Shown: positions 62,342 through 64,000 of the stretch, in pieces
Position numbering within the stretch: position 1 is the stretch's first letter
Layout of the letters: every line of letters starts with the position of its first letter
Source: Moniliella sp. 'wahieum'
Lineage: Eukaryota
Direction: 5' to 3'
Assembly: GCA_003971905.1 (NCBI GenBank)
Contig: RSEE01000072.1
Location: 186,001-250,000 of the forward strand
DNA: 64,000 nt
The notes under the pieces: generated by a model
Told to the model about the DNA's origin: nothing
Databases searched by the model: none
Seen by the model: only the letters and a program-made list of their open reading frames with translations
Position numbers and translations under genes: made by a program

Positions 62342-64000
62342 CTACGCAGAGGAAGGGTTGTGTTGGAGCTCCTTGGCCCGTTGTTTGGCCTGGAGCGTGT
62401 CCTCAATCCAGGCCGCCATATTGACATCGTCGTCGCTCGCTGCCCGCGCGCGATCGGCGAGAAGAAAAGGGTGTTCCAGTAAGGCAGCGTACGAAGCGCG
62501 TTGGTGCGGGTTCTTCACTAAGCAACTACGAACAAAGTCGTGAGCGTCGCTACTGTACCCACCTGTGCCATCGGCCTGGGCGGAAGGCAAAGTAGGCGGA
62601 TCGCCCCAGACAATGGCTTGGAGTTGAGCAAAGACGTCCGAATACGTCTCGGGGGGGTAAGGGTATCCTCCCTTGGCAATCTCGACCAGGCTGAGCCCGA
62701 GTGACCAAACGTCAGCGGCGACCGTGTAGGCCCCCGCGGGTTCCGCACCAGTCGCGGCCGTTTGCTGCTGCGGGTTGATCCGCTCCGGCGCCATGTAGGA
62801 CTGACAGCCAATGTTGGTTTTGGCCAGCGACTTTTCCAGCTCGCCCGAGACACCGAAGTCACACAGCTTGACTTGCCCCTTGGTATTGACCAGCACATTG
62901 GTCGGCTTCACGTCGCGGTGAATAATGTTGAGGCTGTCTTTGAGGAAGCGGAGGCCCGAGACCATGGACCAGGCAATCCGTGCCAGTACGGGTTCGGGGA
63001 CATAACGGCCTGGAAGGCAGAGTTTGTCCAGGCTGCCAGCATCCATGTACTCCATGCAATAGTAGACACATCCCTCCACAAAAAACGCGCCGTAAAACTC
63101 GACGATTTGGGGGGCCACCGCGCGATGAAGAATGTCCAGCTCCATAATGATGGCCTTGAGCTTAGGATCGTCCAGCTCCAATCGGATCTCCTTCATGGCC
63201 ATCAAGACATTGGTCTTGATATGCCGCACCTTGCGCACCGTACCATAGTTCCCCCGCCCCAGCTCGTCCAGCAACTCAAAGTCCTCCAGTTGCATGTGGA
63301 AGTGGGTGCCATTCCCAAACTCTACCCCGTGCGCATCAAGAATAGCCTTGTCGGCAAACTTGAGCCGTCCATCCGTATCGACAATGTTGCTGTACTCATC
63401 AAACGCAGTTGCCAATTTGCCCGCTTCCAACCCACCTGCGCCGAGCCGAGCCGGAGCGGGCCCGGACCCAGACCCGACCCAGCTTTCTGCGTTCCACCGT
63501 CCACCAAATTATCAAGAGACGAAGCGGTATGCCCCGCCGGCCCGCCAGACCACGGCCGGGTGTCGCGTTGCCCATCGGACGCAGTGCGCCACCAGGTCGA
63601 CCACCTGGCACGAATCCAGCACGCGTCGCCGCCCCACCGACGGTAGCCACAGGTAAGCCGGCCGGTCCGCCCGGTCGAGGCGGAGGAGCGCGGGTGGACC
63701 GGAGTGGAGTCGCATCGACCGTGCCCGTGCCTGCATTGGCGCGACTGGAGCGCACCTGGTCCAATTTAGAACGAAGCGAGGGGGGGATCGCCGTACCTCC
63801 TACCATACGCACCCGGTCCGACCCAGGCACACCCCCGCGAGCAGAGAGACCACCGGGACGTACACCCCCAACGGTCGAGTGCACCCCAGGTAACGTCTTG
63901 CCTGGCGCTGCGCCTGGTGGAAGCCGGATGCCCGCGGGAGTCAACGCGTGCGGGTGGGGGTGCGTGTGCGGGTGCGGGTGCGGGCCTGGGTTGGGTCCGA
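62342..64000 (-). CDS. PBS2: HOG-pathway MAP kinase kinase Pbs2/Wis1; 5' end beyond the right edge
   Basis: Uninterrupted kinase domain: ELGRGNYGTV, MAMKEIRLELD, IIMELDILH, IIHRDVKPTNVLVN, KLCDFGVSG.L..SLAKTNIGCQSYMAPERI. Preceded by the Pbs2-type GRLKFADKAILDAHGVEFGNG segment. One frameshift near 63500 in the Gly/Pro-rich N-terminus. Confidence 0.95.

Noticed and set aside
50940..64000. CDC24 and PBS2, with the forkhead gene, as a signalling or mating-type cluster
   Set aside because: No pheromone receptor or homeodomain genes are visible, and proximity alone is not evidence of a cluster.

Overview
Eukaryotic, GC-rich fungal DNA with short GT-AG introns and CTRAC branch points. Gene content suggests a basidiomycete, probably a smut-type fungus (inference). 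Recognisable genes in order: SCC2/Nipped-B cohesin loader (runs off the left edge), Mediator MED10, a YOR238W/DUF218-like protein, a Vsb1-like SulP-STAS-cNMP transporter, a short Snt2-like BAH-PHD-ELM2-SANT-Zn-finger protein, a J-domain protein, an M1 aminopeptidase, a coiled-coil protein, a LisH-WD40 protein, two low-complexity hypothetical proteins, a divergent forkhead transcription factor resembling smut Fox1, the Cdc24 RhoGEF, another hypothetical protein, and the MAPKK Pbs2/Wis1 (runs off the right edge). Almost every gene is split across reading frames by small indels. This is most simply explained by an unpolished long-read assembly, so gene ends and apparent stops are provisional. I found no tRNA, rRNA, CRISPR array or intact transposon, and I cannot demonstrate a new multi-gene system. 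The best leads are the forkhead protein's non-canonical recognition helix, the gene-poor ~17 kb interval around it that holds effector-like ORFs, the recurring period-7 near-palindromic tandem repeats in intergenic DNA, and the apparently truncated Snt2-like gene.
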